Source of the DNA: Cupriavidus necator
GTDB taxonomy: Bacteria; Pseudomonadota; Gammaproteobacteria; Burkholderiales; Burkholderiaceae
Length of the DNA stretch: 32,000 nt
Direction of reading: 5' to 3'
Assembly: GCF_016127575.1 (NCBI RefSeq)
Contig: NZ_CP066018.1
Location: forward strand, 1-32,000
This document shows positions 23,637 through 32,000 of the stretch, piece by piece. Each line of letters begins with the position of its first letter. The first letter of the stretch is position 1. Both the position numbers and the translations under genes were made by a program. The notes under the pieces are model-generated. The model was not told the origin of the DNA. It saw only the letters and a program-made list of their open reading frames with translations, and did no database searches.

Positions 23637-26324
23637 TCAGACCGACATCGGGTTGGGCTTGTTCGGGTCGAGGTTGTACTTCTTGATGGCCTCGGCAACC
23701 TTGTCGCGGCCGATCGCACCCTCGTCGGCCAGCGCCTTGAGCGCGGCCAGCGTGACCCAGTAGCGGTCCACTTCAAAGAAGTGGCGCAGCTTCTCGCGCG
23801 TGTCCGAGCGGCCGAAGCCGTCGGTGCCCAGCACCACGTAGCGGCGCGGCACGAACGGACGGATCTGCTCGGCAAACGCACGCACGTAGTCGGTGGAGGC
23901 GATCACCGGGCCGCGGGCCGACTTCAGGCTCTTGGCCACGTGCGATTCGCGCGGGGTCTCGGTCGGGTGCAGCAGGTTGAAGCGCTCGACGTCGTGGCCT
24001 TCGCGGGCCAGTTCGGTGAAGCTCGGGCAGCCCCACAGGTCCGACTCCACGCCCCAGTCCTTCTTGAGCAGGTCGGCAGCGGCGATCACCTCGCGGAAGA
24101 TCGTGCCCGAGCCCAGCAGCTGCACGCGCGGCGCGTTGCTGTTCTCGACACCCTTGCGGAACTGGTACATGCCCTTGACGATGTCCTGCTCCACGCCAGC
24201 CGGCATTTCCGGATGCTCGTAGTTCTCGTTCATCACCGTCAGGTAGTAGTAGACGTCTTCCTGCTCGGCGTACATGCGGCGCAGGCCGTCCTGCATGACC
24301 ACCGCCAGTTCGTACTGGAAGGTCGGGTCGTACGAGATGCAGTTCGGGATCGCGGCGTGGAACACGTGCGAGTGGCCGTCTTCATGCTGCAGGCCTTCGC
24401 CGTTCAGCGTGGTGCGGCCGGCGGTGCCGCCCAGCAGGAAGCCGCGCGAGCGCATGTCGGCAGCGGCCCAGCACAGGTCGCCGATACGCTGGATGCCGAA
24501 CATCGAGTAGTAGATGTAGAACGGGATCATCTGCACGCCGTGCGTCGAGTACGACGTGGCGGCCGCGATCCAGTCGCACATGGCGCCTGCTTCGTTGATG
24601 CCCTCCTGCAGCACCTGGCCAGTCTGCGATTCCTTGTAGAACATCAGCTGGTCATGGTCTTCCGGCACGTACTTCTGGCCTTCCTGGTTCCAGATGCCGA
24701 CCTGGCGGAACAGGCCTTCCATGCCGAAGGTGCGCGACTCGTCCGGCACGATGGGCACCACGTGCTTGCCGATCTGCTTGTCTTTCAGCAGCGTGTTCAG
24801 GATCCGCACGAAGGCCATGGTGGTGGACACTTCGCGGCCTTCGCCGGTGGCCTTCAGCAGCGCGTCGAACGCGGACAGCTGCGGGACCGGCAGCGCTTCG
24901 GCCTTCTGGCGGCGGGCCGGCAGGTAGCCGCCCAGGTTCTGCCGCGCCTGGCGCATGTATTCCAGTTCCTTCGAACCTTCCGGGAAGGTGATGTACGGCA
25001 CCTCTTCGAGCTGGTCGTCGGCAACGGGAAGATTGAACTGGTCGCGGAACTTGCGGATCGCGTCCACCGGCATCTTCTTCTGCTGGTGGGCCACGTTCAT
25101 GGCCTGGCCGGCGTCGCCCATGCCATAGCCCTTGATGGTCTTGGCCAGGATCAGCGTGGGCTGGCCCTTGTGCTCGCTGGCGGCCTTGTAGGCGGCGTAG
25201 ATCTTGTGCGGATCGTGGCCGCCGCGGTTCAGGCGCCAGATGTCGTCGTCGGACCAGTCGGCCACCATCGCCTTCAGCTCAGGCGTGTTGAAGAAGTGCT
25301 CGCGGACATAGGCGCCGTCCTTGGCCTTCATGGTCTGGTACTCGCCGTCGACGCATTCCATCATGCGCTTCATCAGCAGGCCCTTGGTGTCGCGCGCCAG
25401 CAGCGAATCCCACTTGCTGCCCCACACCACCTTGATCACGTTCCAGCCGGCACCGCGGAATTCGGATTCCAGTTCCTGGATGATCTTGCCGTTGCCGCGC
25501 ACCGGGCCATCCAGGCGCTGGAGGTTGCAGTTGATGACGAAGACCAGGTTGTCGAGCTTCTCGCGGCCGGCCATGCCGATCGCACCCAGCGATTCCGGCT
25601 CGTCGGTCTCGCCGTCGCCCAGGAAGGCCCAGACCTTGCGGTCGCCGGCCTTGGCCAGGCCGCGGCTGTCCAGGTACTTCATGAAGCGGGCCTGGTAGAT
25701 GGCCATGATCGGGCCCAGGCCCATCGACACCGTCGGGAACTGCCAGAAGTCCGGCATCAGCCACGGGTGCGGGTAGGACGAGATGCCCTTGCCGTCCACC
25801 TCCTGGCGGAAGTTGTCGAGCTGGTCCTGGGTCAGGCGGCCGAGCAGGAAGGCGCGCGAATACACGCCCGGAGCCGAGTGGCCCTGCACGAACACCAGGT
25901 CGCCGCCGCCGGCTTCCGACGGGGCGCGCCAGAAGTGGTTGTAGCCGACGTCATACAGCGTGGCCGCCGAGGCGAACGACGAGATGTGGCCGCCGACGTT
26001 GGTGTGCTTGTTGGCGCGCAGCACCATCGCCATGGCGTTCCAGCGGGTGTACGAGCGGATCCGGTGCTCGATGTCCTGGTCGCCGGGGATGCGGGCCTGC
26101 TGCTCGACCGGAATCGTGTTGATGTACTGCGTCTCGGCGTGGAACGGCTGGGTCACGCCGTTCACGCGTGCGTATTCGATCTGCTTGTCGATCAGGAAAG
26201 CGGCGCGCGCCGGACCTTCGGCGGCCAGGACGCCCTGCAGGGCGTCGAGCCATTCATGGGTTTCCTGGGGATCGGCGTCGTTGGCGCTCGAGGCGCCGAG
26301 AATCTGCTCTGGTACGGCGGACAT
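23637..26324 (-). CDS. pdhA: Pyruvate dehydrogenase E1 component (homodimeric AceE type)
   Basis: Track ORF 23637..26546 trimmed to MSAVPEQILGASSANDADPQETHEWLDALQGVL (ATG at 26324, AGGAG SD), giving 895 aa. The ThDP-binding region is GDGETDEPES...NCNLQRLDGPVRGN. Confidence 0.96.
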   Translation of the reverse strand: MSAVPEQILGASSANDADPQETHEWLDALQGVLAAEGPARAAFLIDKQIEYARVNGVTQPFHAETQYINTIPVEQQARIPGDQDIEHRIRSYTRWNAMAMVLRANKHTNVGGHISSFASAATLYDVGYNHFWRAPSEAGGGDLVFVQGHSAPGVYSRAFLLGRLTQDQLDNFRQEVDGKGISSYPHPWLMPDFWQFPTVSMGLGPIMAIYQARFMKYLDSRGLAKAGDRKVWAFLGDGETDEPESLGAIGMAGREKLDNLVFVINCNLQRLDGPVRGNGKIIQELESEFRGAGWNVIKVVWGSKWDSLLARDTKGLLMKRMMECVDGEYQTMKAKDGAYVREHFFNTPELKAMVADWSDDDIWRLNRGGHDPHKIYAAYKAASEHKGQPTLILAKTIKGYGMGDAGQAMNVAHQQKKMPVDAIRKFRDQFNLPVADDQLEEVPYITFPEGSKELEYMRQARQNLGGYLPARRQKAEALPVPQLSAFDALLKATGEGREVSTTMAFVRILNTLLKDKQIGKHVVPIVPDESRTFGMEGLFRQVGIWNQEGQKYVPEDHDQLMFYKESQTGQVLQEGINEAGAMCDWIAAATSYSTHGVQMIPFYIYYSMFGIQRIGDLCWAAADMRSRGFLLGGTAGRTTLNGEGLQHEDGHSHVFHAAIPNCISYDPTFQYELAVVMQDGLRRMYAEQEDVYYYLTVMNENYEHPEMPAGVEQDIVKGMYQFRKGVENSNAPRVQLLGSGTIFREVIAAADLLKKDWGVESDLWGCPSFTELAREGHDVERFNLLHPTETPRESHVAKSLKSARGPVIASTDYVRAFAEQIRPFVPRRYVVLGTDGFGRSDTREKLRHFFEVDRYWVTLAALKALADEGAIGRDKVAEAIKKYNLDPNKPNPMSV

Positions 26325-26517
26325 GACTGTCTCCTGGGTGAATTCTTTGCATCCGCGCCCGCGCTGGCAGCGCCCGGACACGACTTTACGTATGACTCGC
26401 ACCGACTTGCGGATCCGGCACCATGCCGCCTTGCATCGGGGCCGCCGCCGGGAAACCTGTTCCGGTTTCTCCGCGCGGCAGGCGCATGGCTGCCGCCCGC
26501 ATTCTTGGGTCGAACCG

Positions 26518-26546
26518 ATTCTATGGAAGCCCAAAGTCCAGCACAA
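26518..26546 (-). promoter_or_regulatory. Candidate sigma70 promoter for pdhA
   Basis: On the minus strand: TTGTGC (26546..26541), 17-nt spacer, TAGAAT (26523..26518). This would give a leader of roughly 185 nt. Confidence 0.35.
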
Positions 26547-26554
26547 GTGAAATT

Positions 26555-26582
26555 TTCAAATTGCGGTATCGTTTTTTATAAT
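26555..26582 (+). promoter_or_regulatory. Candidate sigma70 promoter for the sensor kinase operon
   Basis: TTCAAA (26555..26560), 16-nt spacer, TATAAT (26577..26582). It lies in the only AT-rich stretch of the 423-bp divergent region. Confidence 0.4.
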
Positions 26583-26747
26583 GTGGAATTATGCGGCGGC
26601 GCACCAAGAATCACTGCCCGGCTGCCCCGCCATGCGCCATAAGCCTACCCGCCCCGGCCGCAGCAGCAATGTTTTCATTGGCGCTTTCCCCAAGCGACGC
26701 ACCGCAATAATCTCGGTACACTGGTCGGTCAGCCGTCAATCCCTCCC

Positions 26748-29333
26748 ATGCCGTTTTTCGACCGACTCCTTTCCAGCCTGCGTGCAGCCATGCTTCCTCC
26801 CGACGCGTCGGGGTCAGCCAAGGCGGCCGGAGGCGATCCCGCGCACGCCCCTTCGCCGGCTGCCGGACTGGGGCCGATCGAGGCGCTGGGCCCCGACGAC
26901 GGCGCCCCCGTGGCCGCACCGCGCGGGCTGTGGTGGCTGCGCTGGCGCAACCTGGTGGCCACCAGCTGGTTCATGTTCATCCCGCTGGTTGCCATCGTGC
27001 TGTTCACGGTGGCCATGGGCGTGATCCTGTGGTCCCTGCACGAGACCGAGCGCCAGCAGCAGCGCGACGCCCTGTACCGCGACGCCGCCTGGGCGCAGCA
27101 GCGCGTGCGCCTGTCCCTGCTGAGCAACCAGGACCAGCTGGCCTCGCTGGCGCGCGACATCGCCGCCGCGCAGCTTGAGCAAGGCGCCTACCGCACCGCG
27201 GCGCAGGAAATCCTGCGCGAAAACCCCGAGATCGTTTTCATCAACTGGCTCGATGCCACCAAGCGCGGCCGCTGGTCGTTGCCATCGACCTCGGAATTCG
27301 CCAGCCGCCTGCGCGAGAACCAGGACCAGCCGCTCGAACCGGAAGTGCTCGACACCTTCGACGCCGCGCGCGAGACCCAGCGAGTGGTCTATTCGCGCCC
27401 GCTGGTCAACGAGCGCGGCGACAGCTTCATGCTGATGGAAGTGCCGATCGTGCGCGACAACGAGTTCCTCGGCACGCTCGGCGCGCTGTACTCGATCAAC
27501 GGCATCCTGACGCACCTGCTGCCGCCTGAGCTGACCGAGCGCTACCGCTTCTCGCTGATCGACAAGAACAACCAGACCCGCGCCAGCACCTCGTTGCGGC
27601 CGGTGCCGGGCAACGCGCTGTCGTACGAGGTGCTGCTGGATCCGCCGGGTCACTCCCTGTCGCTGCGCGCCGATGCCTACCCGCCGGCGTCGAACCTGCC
27701 CAACAACATGCTGCTGTGGCTGGTGGTGGGGCTGTCGTGCTTCCTGCTGTGGAGCCTGTGGAGCATGTGGCGCCACACCAGCCGCCGCTCCGAGGCGCAG
27801 CGCGCGCTGCTGGCCGAGACCTCGTTCCGGCGCGCGATGGAAAACTCGATGCTGATCGGCCTGCGCGCGCTCGACCTGAACGGCCGCATCACCTATGTCA
27901 ACCCGGCCTTCTGCCGCATGACTGGCTGGCAGGAGAACGACCTGGTCGGGCGCCTGCCGCCCTTCCCCTACTGGCCGCCCAACGACCAGCAGGAGATGCA
28001 GAAGCAGATCGACCTGACGCTGCAGGGCAAGTCGCCCGCCGGCGGCTACGAGATGCGCGTGATGCGCCGCGACGGCAGCAGCTTCTACGCGCGCATGTAC
28101 GTGTCGCCGCTGGTGGACAGCCGCGGCCGCCATACTGGCTGGATGAGCTCGATGACGGACATCACCGAGCCCAAGCGCGCGCGCGAGGAACTGGCCGCGG
28201 CGCATGACCGCTTCACCACGGTGCTGGAAAGCCTGGATGCCGCGGTGTCGGTGCTGGCCACCGACAAGGCGGAGCTGCTCTTTGCCAACCGCTATTACCG
28301 CCAGCTGTTCGGCTGGGAGGCCGAGGGCCACCTCAAGCTGGCCGGCGACGACCTCGACAAGGACCAGGTCTCCAGCGACAACACCGACTATGTCGACGCC
28401 TATGCCGGCCTGCCGGCGTCCGAGCTGATGCCGTACGCATCGGACGCGCGCGAAGTGTTCGTGCCGGACATGCAGAAATGGTTCGAAGTGCGCCGCCGCT
28501 ATATCCAGTGGGTCGACGGCCACCTGGCGCAGATGCAGATCGCCACCGATATCACGGTGCGCAAGGCCGCCGAGGAAATGGCGCGCCAGCATGAAGAGCG
28601 CCTGCAGTTCACCAGCCGCCTGACCACCATGGGCGAGATGGCCTCGTCGCTGGCGCATGAACTGAACCAGCCGCTGGCGGCCATCAACAACTACTGCATG
28701 GGCGCGGTGGCGCGGCTGCACTCGGGCCGCAGCACGCCGGAGGACCTGATCCCGGTGCTGGAGAAGACCTCGGCCCAGGCGGTGCGCGCCGGCACCATCA
28801 TCAGCCGCATCCGCGGCTTCGTGAAGCGCAGCCAGCCGCAGCGGCGCGAGGCCGCGCTGCACGACATCGTCGCCGACGCGGTAGGCCTGGCCGACCTGGA
28901 GGCCACGCGCCGCCGCGTCACCATCCTGACCCGCCTGCCGACCCCGCCGCTGACGGTCTATGTCGACCCGGTGCTGATCGAGCAGGTGCTGGTGAACCTG
29001 CTCAAGAACGCGGTCGAGGCCATGGCCGGCCTGCCCGCCCTGCACGCCGGCGGCGTGGTGCGCCTGCACGCGCGGGTGGAGCCGGGCGAGATTGGCGACA
29101 GCGTCCATATCGACGTGATCGACCAGGGCCCGGGCGTGGACGAAGCCACCAAGGAGCGCCTGTTCGAGCCCTTCTTCAGCACCAAGTCCGACGGCATGGG
29201 CATGGGGCTGAACATCTGCCGCTCGATCATCGAGTCGCACCAGGGCCGCCTGTGGGTGGAGAACAATGCCGACGGCATCGGCTGTACATTTAAAATCATG
29301 CTGCCGCTGCAATCGGCGCTGGCCGAGCATTAA
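26748..29333 (+). CDS. PAS-domain sensor histidine kinase (FixL/NodV-type HisKA) with a periplasmic sensing domain
   Basis: Track ORF 26748..29333, 861 aa. Two TM segments (WFMFIPLVAIVLFTVAMGVILW and MLLWLVVGLSCFLLWSLWSMW) flank a region of about 220 aa. Two PAS-like regions follow, then the H-box SSLAHELNQPLAAI and the HATPase N/G boxes (NLLKNAVEAM, DQGPGV, GMGMGL). The start is uncertain because there is no SD and the N-terminus is low-complexity. Confidence 0.9.
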   Translation: MPFFDRLLSSLRAAMLPPDASGSAKAAGGDPAHAPSPAAGLGPIEALGPDDGAPVAAPRGLWWLRWRNLVATSWFMFIPLVAIVLFTVAMGVILWSLHETERQQQRDALYRDAAWAQQRVRLSLLSNQDQLASLARDIAAAQLEQGAYRTAAQEILRENPEIVFINWLDATKRGRWSLPSTSEFASRLRENQDQPLEPEVLDTFDAARETQRVVYSRPLVNERGDSFMLMEVPIVRDNEFLGTLGALYSINGILTHLLPPELTERYRFSLIDKNNQTRASTSLRPVPGNALSYEVLLDPPGHSLSLRADAYPPASNLPNNMLLWLVVGLSCFLLWSLWSMWRHTSRRSEAQRALLAETSFRRAMENSMLIGLRALDLNGRITYVNPAFCRMTGWQENDLVGRLPPFPYWPPNDQQEMQKQIDLTLQGKSPAGGYEMRVMRRDGSSFYARMYVSPLVDSRGRHTGWMSSMTDITEPKRAREELAAAHDRFTTVLESLDAAVSVLATDKAELLFANRYYRQLFGWEAEGHLKLAGDDLDKDQVSSDNTDYVDAYAGLPASELMPYASDAREVFVPDMQKWFEVRRRYIQWVDGHLAQMQIATDITVRKAAEEMARQHEERLQFTSRLTTMGEMASSLAHELNQPLAAINNYCMGAVARLHSGRSTPEDLIPVLEKTSAQAVRAGTIISRIRGFVKRSQPQRREAALHDIVADAVGLADLEATRRRVTILTRLPTPPLTVYVDPVLIEQVLVNLLKNAVEAMAGLPALHAGGVVRLHARVEPGEIGDSVHIDVIDQGPGVDEATKERLFEPFFSTKSDGMGMGLNICRSIIESHQGRLWVENNADGIGCTFKIMLPLQSALAEH

Positions 29334-29503
29334 GCCGAAGCACAGGCCCTGTTGCCGAGGCCTTCGCGCCCGGGCATGCCCAAGGATTCCACAAAAAGCC
29401 GGCCCGCCCCGTTTCCCCCACGGATGTGGGGGGCCTGTCTCGCCACAGAGGGCCGCTGCCGGTTACACTTCGCAGCAATGAATTGTTGTCCCGAGGAGAC
29501 TAC

Positions 29504-30136
29504 ATGACCGCAACGCCAAACCCCACGCCCCACCGCGGCGAGACCGTGTTCATCGTCGACGACGATGAAGCCATGCGCGACTCGCTGACCTGGCTGCTGG
29601 AGGGCAATGGCTACCAGGTGCGCAGCTTCACCAGCGCCGAGCAGTTCCTCGCCGCCTACGATGCCAGCCAGGTGTCGTGCCTGATCCTCGACGTGCGCAT
29701 GCCCGGCATGAGCGGCCCGGAACTGCAGGAGCGCATGCTGGCCGAGCAGATCGACATTCCCATCGTCTTTATCACCGGCCACGGCGACGTGCCGATGGCG
29801 GTATCGACGATGAAGCGCGGCGCCATCGACTTCATCGAAAAGCCCTTCGATGAGTCCGAGCTGCGCGCACTGGTCGAGCGCATGCTGACCAAGGCCCGCA
29901 CCGACCATTCCGCCGCACGCGAGCAGCGCGCCGCCAAGGACCTGCTGGGCAAGCTGACCACGCGCGAGCAGCAGGTGCTCGAGCGCATCGTTGCCGGCCG
30001 CCTGAACAAGCAGATCGCCGACGACCTGGGCATTTCCATCAAGACCGTGGAGGCGCACCGCGCCAACATCATGGAAAAGCTCAACGTCAACACCGTCGCC
30101 GACCTGCTGCGCCTGGCGCTGTCACGCAACAGCTGA
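29504..30136 (+). CDS. FixJ/NarL-family response regulator (REC + LuxR-type HTH)
   Basis: Track ORF 29426..30136 trimmed to [28 protein letters not shown] (GAGGAG SD, ATG at 29504). The phospho-acceptor context is [13 protein letters not shown]. The HTH is [43 protein letters not shown]. Confidence 0.93.
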   Translation: MTATPNPTPHRGETVFIVDDDEAMRDSLTWLLEGNGYQVRSFTSAEQFLAAYDASQVSCLILDVRMPGMSGPELQERMLAEQIDIPIVFITGHGDVPMAVSTMKRGAIDFIEKPFDESELRALVERMLTKARTDHSAAREQRAAKDLLGKLTTREQQVLERIVAGRLNKQIADDLGISIKTVEAHRANIMEKLNVNTVADLLRLALSRNS

Positions 30137-30162
30137 GCGGCTGGCGCCTGCCTCTGCCTGAC

Positions 30163-30187
30163 CCGGTGCGGCCCGCGGCCGCACCGG
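30163..30187. terminator. Perfect 11-bp GC-rich hairpin between convergent genes (no U-tract)
   Basis: CCGGTGCGGCC - CGC - GGCCGCACCGG. It sits in the 98-bp gap between the response regulator stop (30136) and the membrane-protein stop (30235). Confidence 0.5.
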
Positions 30188-30234
30188 CTGCCCTCTCCGC
30201 GCCGTCCGGCGCCGCCCCTGCCCCCTCAGTCCCG

Positions 30235-30915
30235 TCAGCGGTCCAGGTATTCCTCGTCCCGGAACGTGACCACCCATTGTGGCCGATAGACCACAAAAAT
30301 CGCCACCAGCATGCCGGTCAGGAAGGCCTCGCCAAAGGCCAGGATGACGGCTGCCGTCAGGGTATCGGCAATGCTCCATGGCAGGCCCGGCGCCGTCAGG
30401 TGGCGCCAGCCGGCCTCGGCCGCGCTGGCGCCCAGCGCGGCCAGCCCGGCCGTGAAATAGCCGTGCCCGAGGATAAAGACGAACGGATGCCGCGGCAGCA
30501 GACGCCGCATCATCGCCTGCAACGCTGCGGAGATCAGCGCCGGCAGCAGCGCCAGCCAGACGTAGCGCACCCACAGCGAGGGCCAGTCGAACTGTGCCCA
30601 GCCATGCCCGGCCAGGTATTCGAGCCCGAACAGCGACACCACGTCCACCACGAACAGCGACAGCAGCGCCAGCGGCAGCCCGAACAGCGTCACCATCAGC
30701 GTGGCGCCGAGCAACTGGATCACCAGCCCGCCGACCAGGGTGGCGCGCAACGTCCACAGCAGCGCCACCAGCACCATCGCACCCAGCCAGGCGTTCTGCA
30801 GCGCATTGCGCCGCAACAGCTGCCAGGGCCGGCGCGTCAGCGCCCACAGCAGTGCCGCCAGGGACAGCAACAACAGCAAGGGATGGGACAGCAGGGATGG
30901 AAGCGCGGTGTGCAT
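30235..30915 (-). CDS. Polytopic inner-membrane protein of unknown function
   Basis: Track ORF 30235..30915, 226 aa. It has about six hydrophobic helices and G/C-rich third positions, and its ATG is at 30915. I cannot assign a family with confidence. Confidence 0.75.
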   Translation of the reverse strand: MHTALPSLLSHPLLLLLSLAALLWALTRRPWQLLRRNALQNAWLGAMVLVALLWTLRATLVGGLVIQLLGATLMVTLFGLPLALLSLFVVDVVSLFGLEYLAGHGWAQFDWPSLWVRYVWLALLPALISAALQAMMRRLLPRHPFVFILGHGYFTAGLAALGASAAEAGWRHLTAPGLPWSIADTLTAAVILAFGEAFLTGMLVAIFVVYRPQWVVTFRDEEYLDR

Positions 30916-31074
30916 TCGGCCGATGCTACCAGCGCTGCCCCCGCCCGGCCTTGCACCCGCTCAAGCTCCGTGCGGCAAGCCCCACGCAACCTTTATAATT
31001 CCGCCTTTAGCCCAACCCGCGCTCCGGCGCGCGGCGGCACCTCCACCTCCCGGCCACAAACCCGCCCTGCCTCC

Positions 31075-31926
31075 ATGCCTGCCCAACTGATCGACGGCAA
31101 TGCCCTTGCCAAACAAATCCGCTCCGAAGCCGCCCTGCGCGCCGCCCGCCTGACCGAGCGTGGCCACCGGCCCGGCCTGGCCGTGATCCTGGTCGGCGAG
31201 GACCCGGCCAGCCAGGTCTACGTCCGCAACAAGGTCAAGGCCTGCCAGGACAACGGCTTTCATTCCTCGCTCGACCGCTACCCGGCCGACCTGTCGGAGG
31301 CGGAACTGCTGGCCCGTATCGAGGCCCTGAACCAGGACCCCAACATCCACGGCATCCTGGTGCAGCTGCCCCTGCCCAAGCATATCGACAGCCACAAGGT
31401 GCTTGAAGCCATCGCCCCCGAAAAGGATGTCGACGGCTTCCATGTGGCCAATGCCGGCGCGCTGATGACCGGCGCCCCGCTGTTCCGCCCGTGCACGCCC
31501 TACGGCTGCATGAAGATGCTGGAATCGGTCCAGTTCCCGCTGCGCGGCGCCCGCGCCGTGGTGGTGGGCGCCTCCAATATCGTCGGCAAGCCGATGGCGA
31601 TGCTGCTGCTGCAGGCCGGCGCCACCGTCACCATCTGCAACAGCAAGACGCGCGACATCGGCGCCCACACCCGCGACGCGGATGTGGTGGTGGCCGCGGT
31701 CGGCAAACGCAACCTGATCACCGCCGACATGGTCAAACCGGGCGCGGTGGTGATCGACGTGGGCATGAACCGCGACGACAACGGCAAGCTGTGCGGCGAC
31801 GTCGACTTTGCCGGCGTGCGTGAAGTCGCCGGCTACATCACGCCGGTGCCGGGCGGCGTCGGCCCGATGACCATCACCATGCTGCTGGTCAATACGCTGG
31901 AAGCCGCCGAGCGCGCCGCCGGCTGA
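31075..31926 (+). CDS. folD: Bifunctional methylenetetrahydrofolate dehydrogenase (NADP+) / methenyltetrahydrofolate cyclohydrolase
   Basis: This is the C-terminal 283 aa of track ORF 30166..31926 ([26 protein letters not shown]...). Motifs are [33 protein letters not shown], the Rossmann motif [14 protein letters not shown] and [10 protein letters not shown]. Confidence 0.96.
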   Translation: MPAQLIDGNALAKQIRSEAALRAARLTERGHRPGLAVILVGEDPASQVYVRNKVKACQDNGFHSSLDRYPADLSEAELLARIEALNQDPNIHGILVQLPLPKHIDSHKVLEAIAPEKDVDGFHVANAGALMTGAPLFRPCTPYGCMKMLESVQFPLRGARAVVVGASNIVGKPMAMLLLQAGATVTICNSKTRDIGAHTRDADVVVAAVGKRNLITADMVKPGAVVIDVGMNRDDNGKLCGDVDFAGVREVAGYITPVPGGVGPMTITMLLVNTLEAAERAAG

Positions 31927-32000
31927 GGCCGCGCGTACGATACGCCACCCGGGGCCCTGGAAAATCCGGCGCCCCGGCCCCATCTGCGGGATTATTGCCC

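Noticed and set aside
19324-23763. A 1479-aa open reading frame on the plus strand spanning pdhL, the Ntn-hydrolase ORF, pdhB and the start of pdhA in antisense.
   Set aside because: It runs antisense to three genes with unambiguous homology. Its translation is Arg/Ala/Gly/His-rich low complexity with no recognisable domain. Long stop-free antisense frames are expected when the sense strand has near-saturated G/C at third positions. Its length across intergenic spacers is striking but is most simply a composition artefact.
23619-29330. Two other very long antisense ORFs: 23619..26642 (+, 1007 aa, opposite pdhA) and 26814..29330 (-, 838 aa, opposite the sensor kinase).
   Set aside because: The reasoning is the same as above. 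The opposite strands encode proteins with full-length family motifs, and the antisense translations are repetitive R/A/G/H/Q-rich strings without motifs.

Overview
The window is a high-GC (about two thirds G+C by eye) betaproteobacterial chromosome segment. It is mostly core and accessory metabolism, with 27 supported CDSs. I saw no rRNA, tRNA, CRISPR array, IS element or integrase. The phasin at 16252..16830 matches my recollection of PhaP1 of Cupriavidus necator (Ralstonia eutropha) H16. The minus-strand order pdhA - pdhB - small ORF - pdhL matches the pyruvate dehydrogenase locus I recall for that organism. This taxonomic call comes from memory and not from a database search. Gene order, left to right: ABC importer permease and ATPase; a LysR-controlled operon (ornithine cyclodeaminase-family enzyme, signal-less PhnD-like binding-fold protein, Bug/TctC receptor); lutA-lutB plus an 89-aa cistron; IclR; GntR plus a FAD-linked D-2-hydroxyacid/D-lactate dehydrogenase; a PBP7-like DD-endopeptidase; a four-gene operon (HDAC-like amidohydrolase, EamA transporter, hotdog thioesterase, nitroreductase) divergent from phaP1; a USP / 64-aa ORF / AmmeMemoRadiSam-type radical SAM cluster; the pdh operon; a FixL/FixJ-type two-component system divergent from pdhA; a polytopic membrane protein; folD. 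Gene starts were re-picked inside the long high-GC ORFs using SD sequences, N-terminal homology and signal peptides. The best candidates for something undescribed are two. First, an orphan radical SAM enzyme is translationally coupled to a tiny ORF in a lower-GC patch. Second, an HslV/proteasome-beta-like Ntn hydrolase sits between the E2 and E3 genes with no unfoldase partner. Other observations: a lutAB operon whose third cistron is not a LutC; palindromic operators at phaP1 and iclR, including an 11-mer shared between two loci; a long structured phaP1 3' region; four ATGA stop/start overlaps. I see no clear-cut defence, toxin or mobile system, and all functional ideas beyond family assignment are inference.
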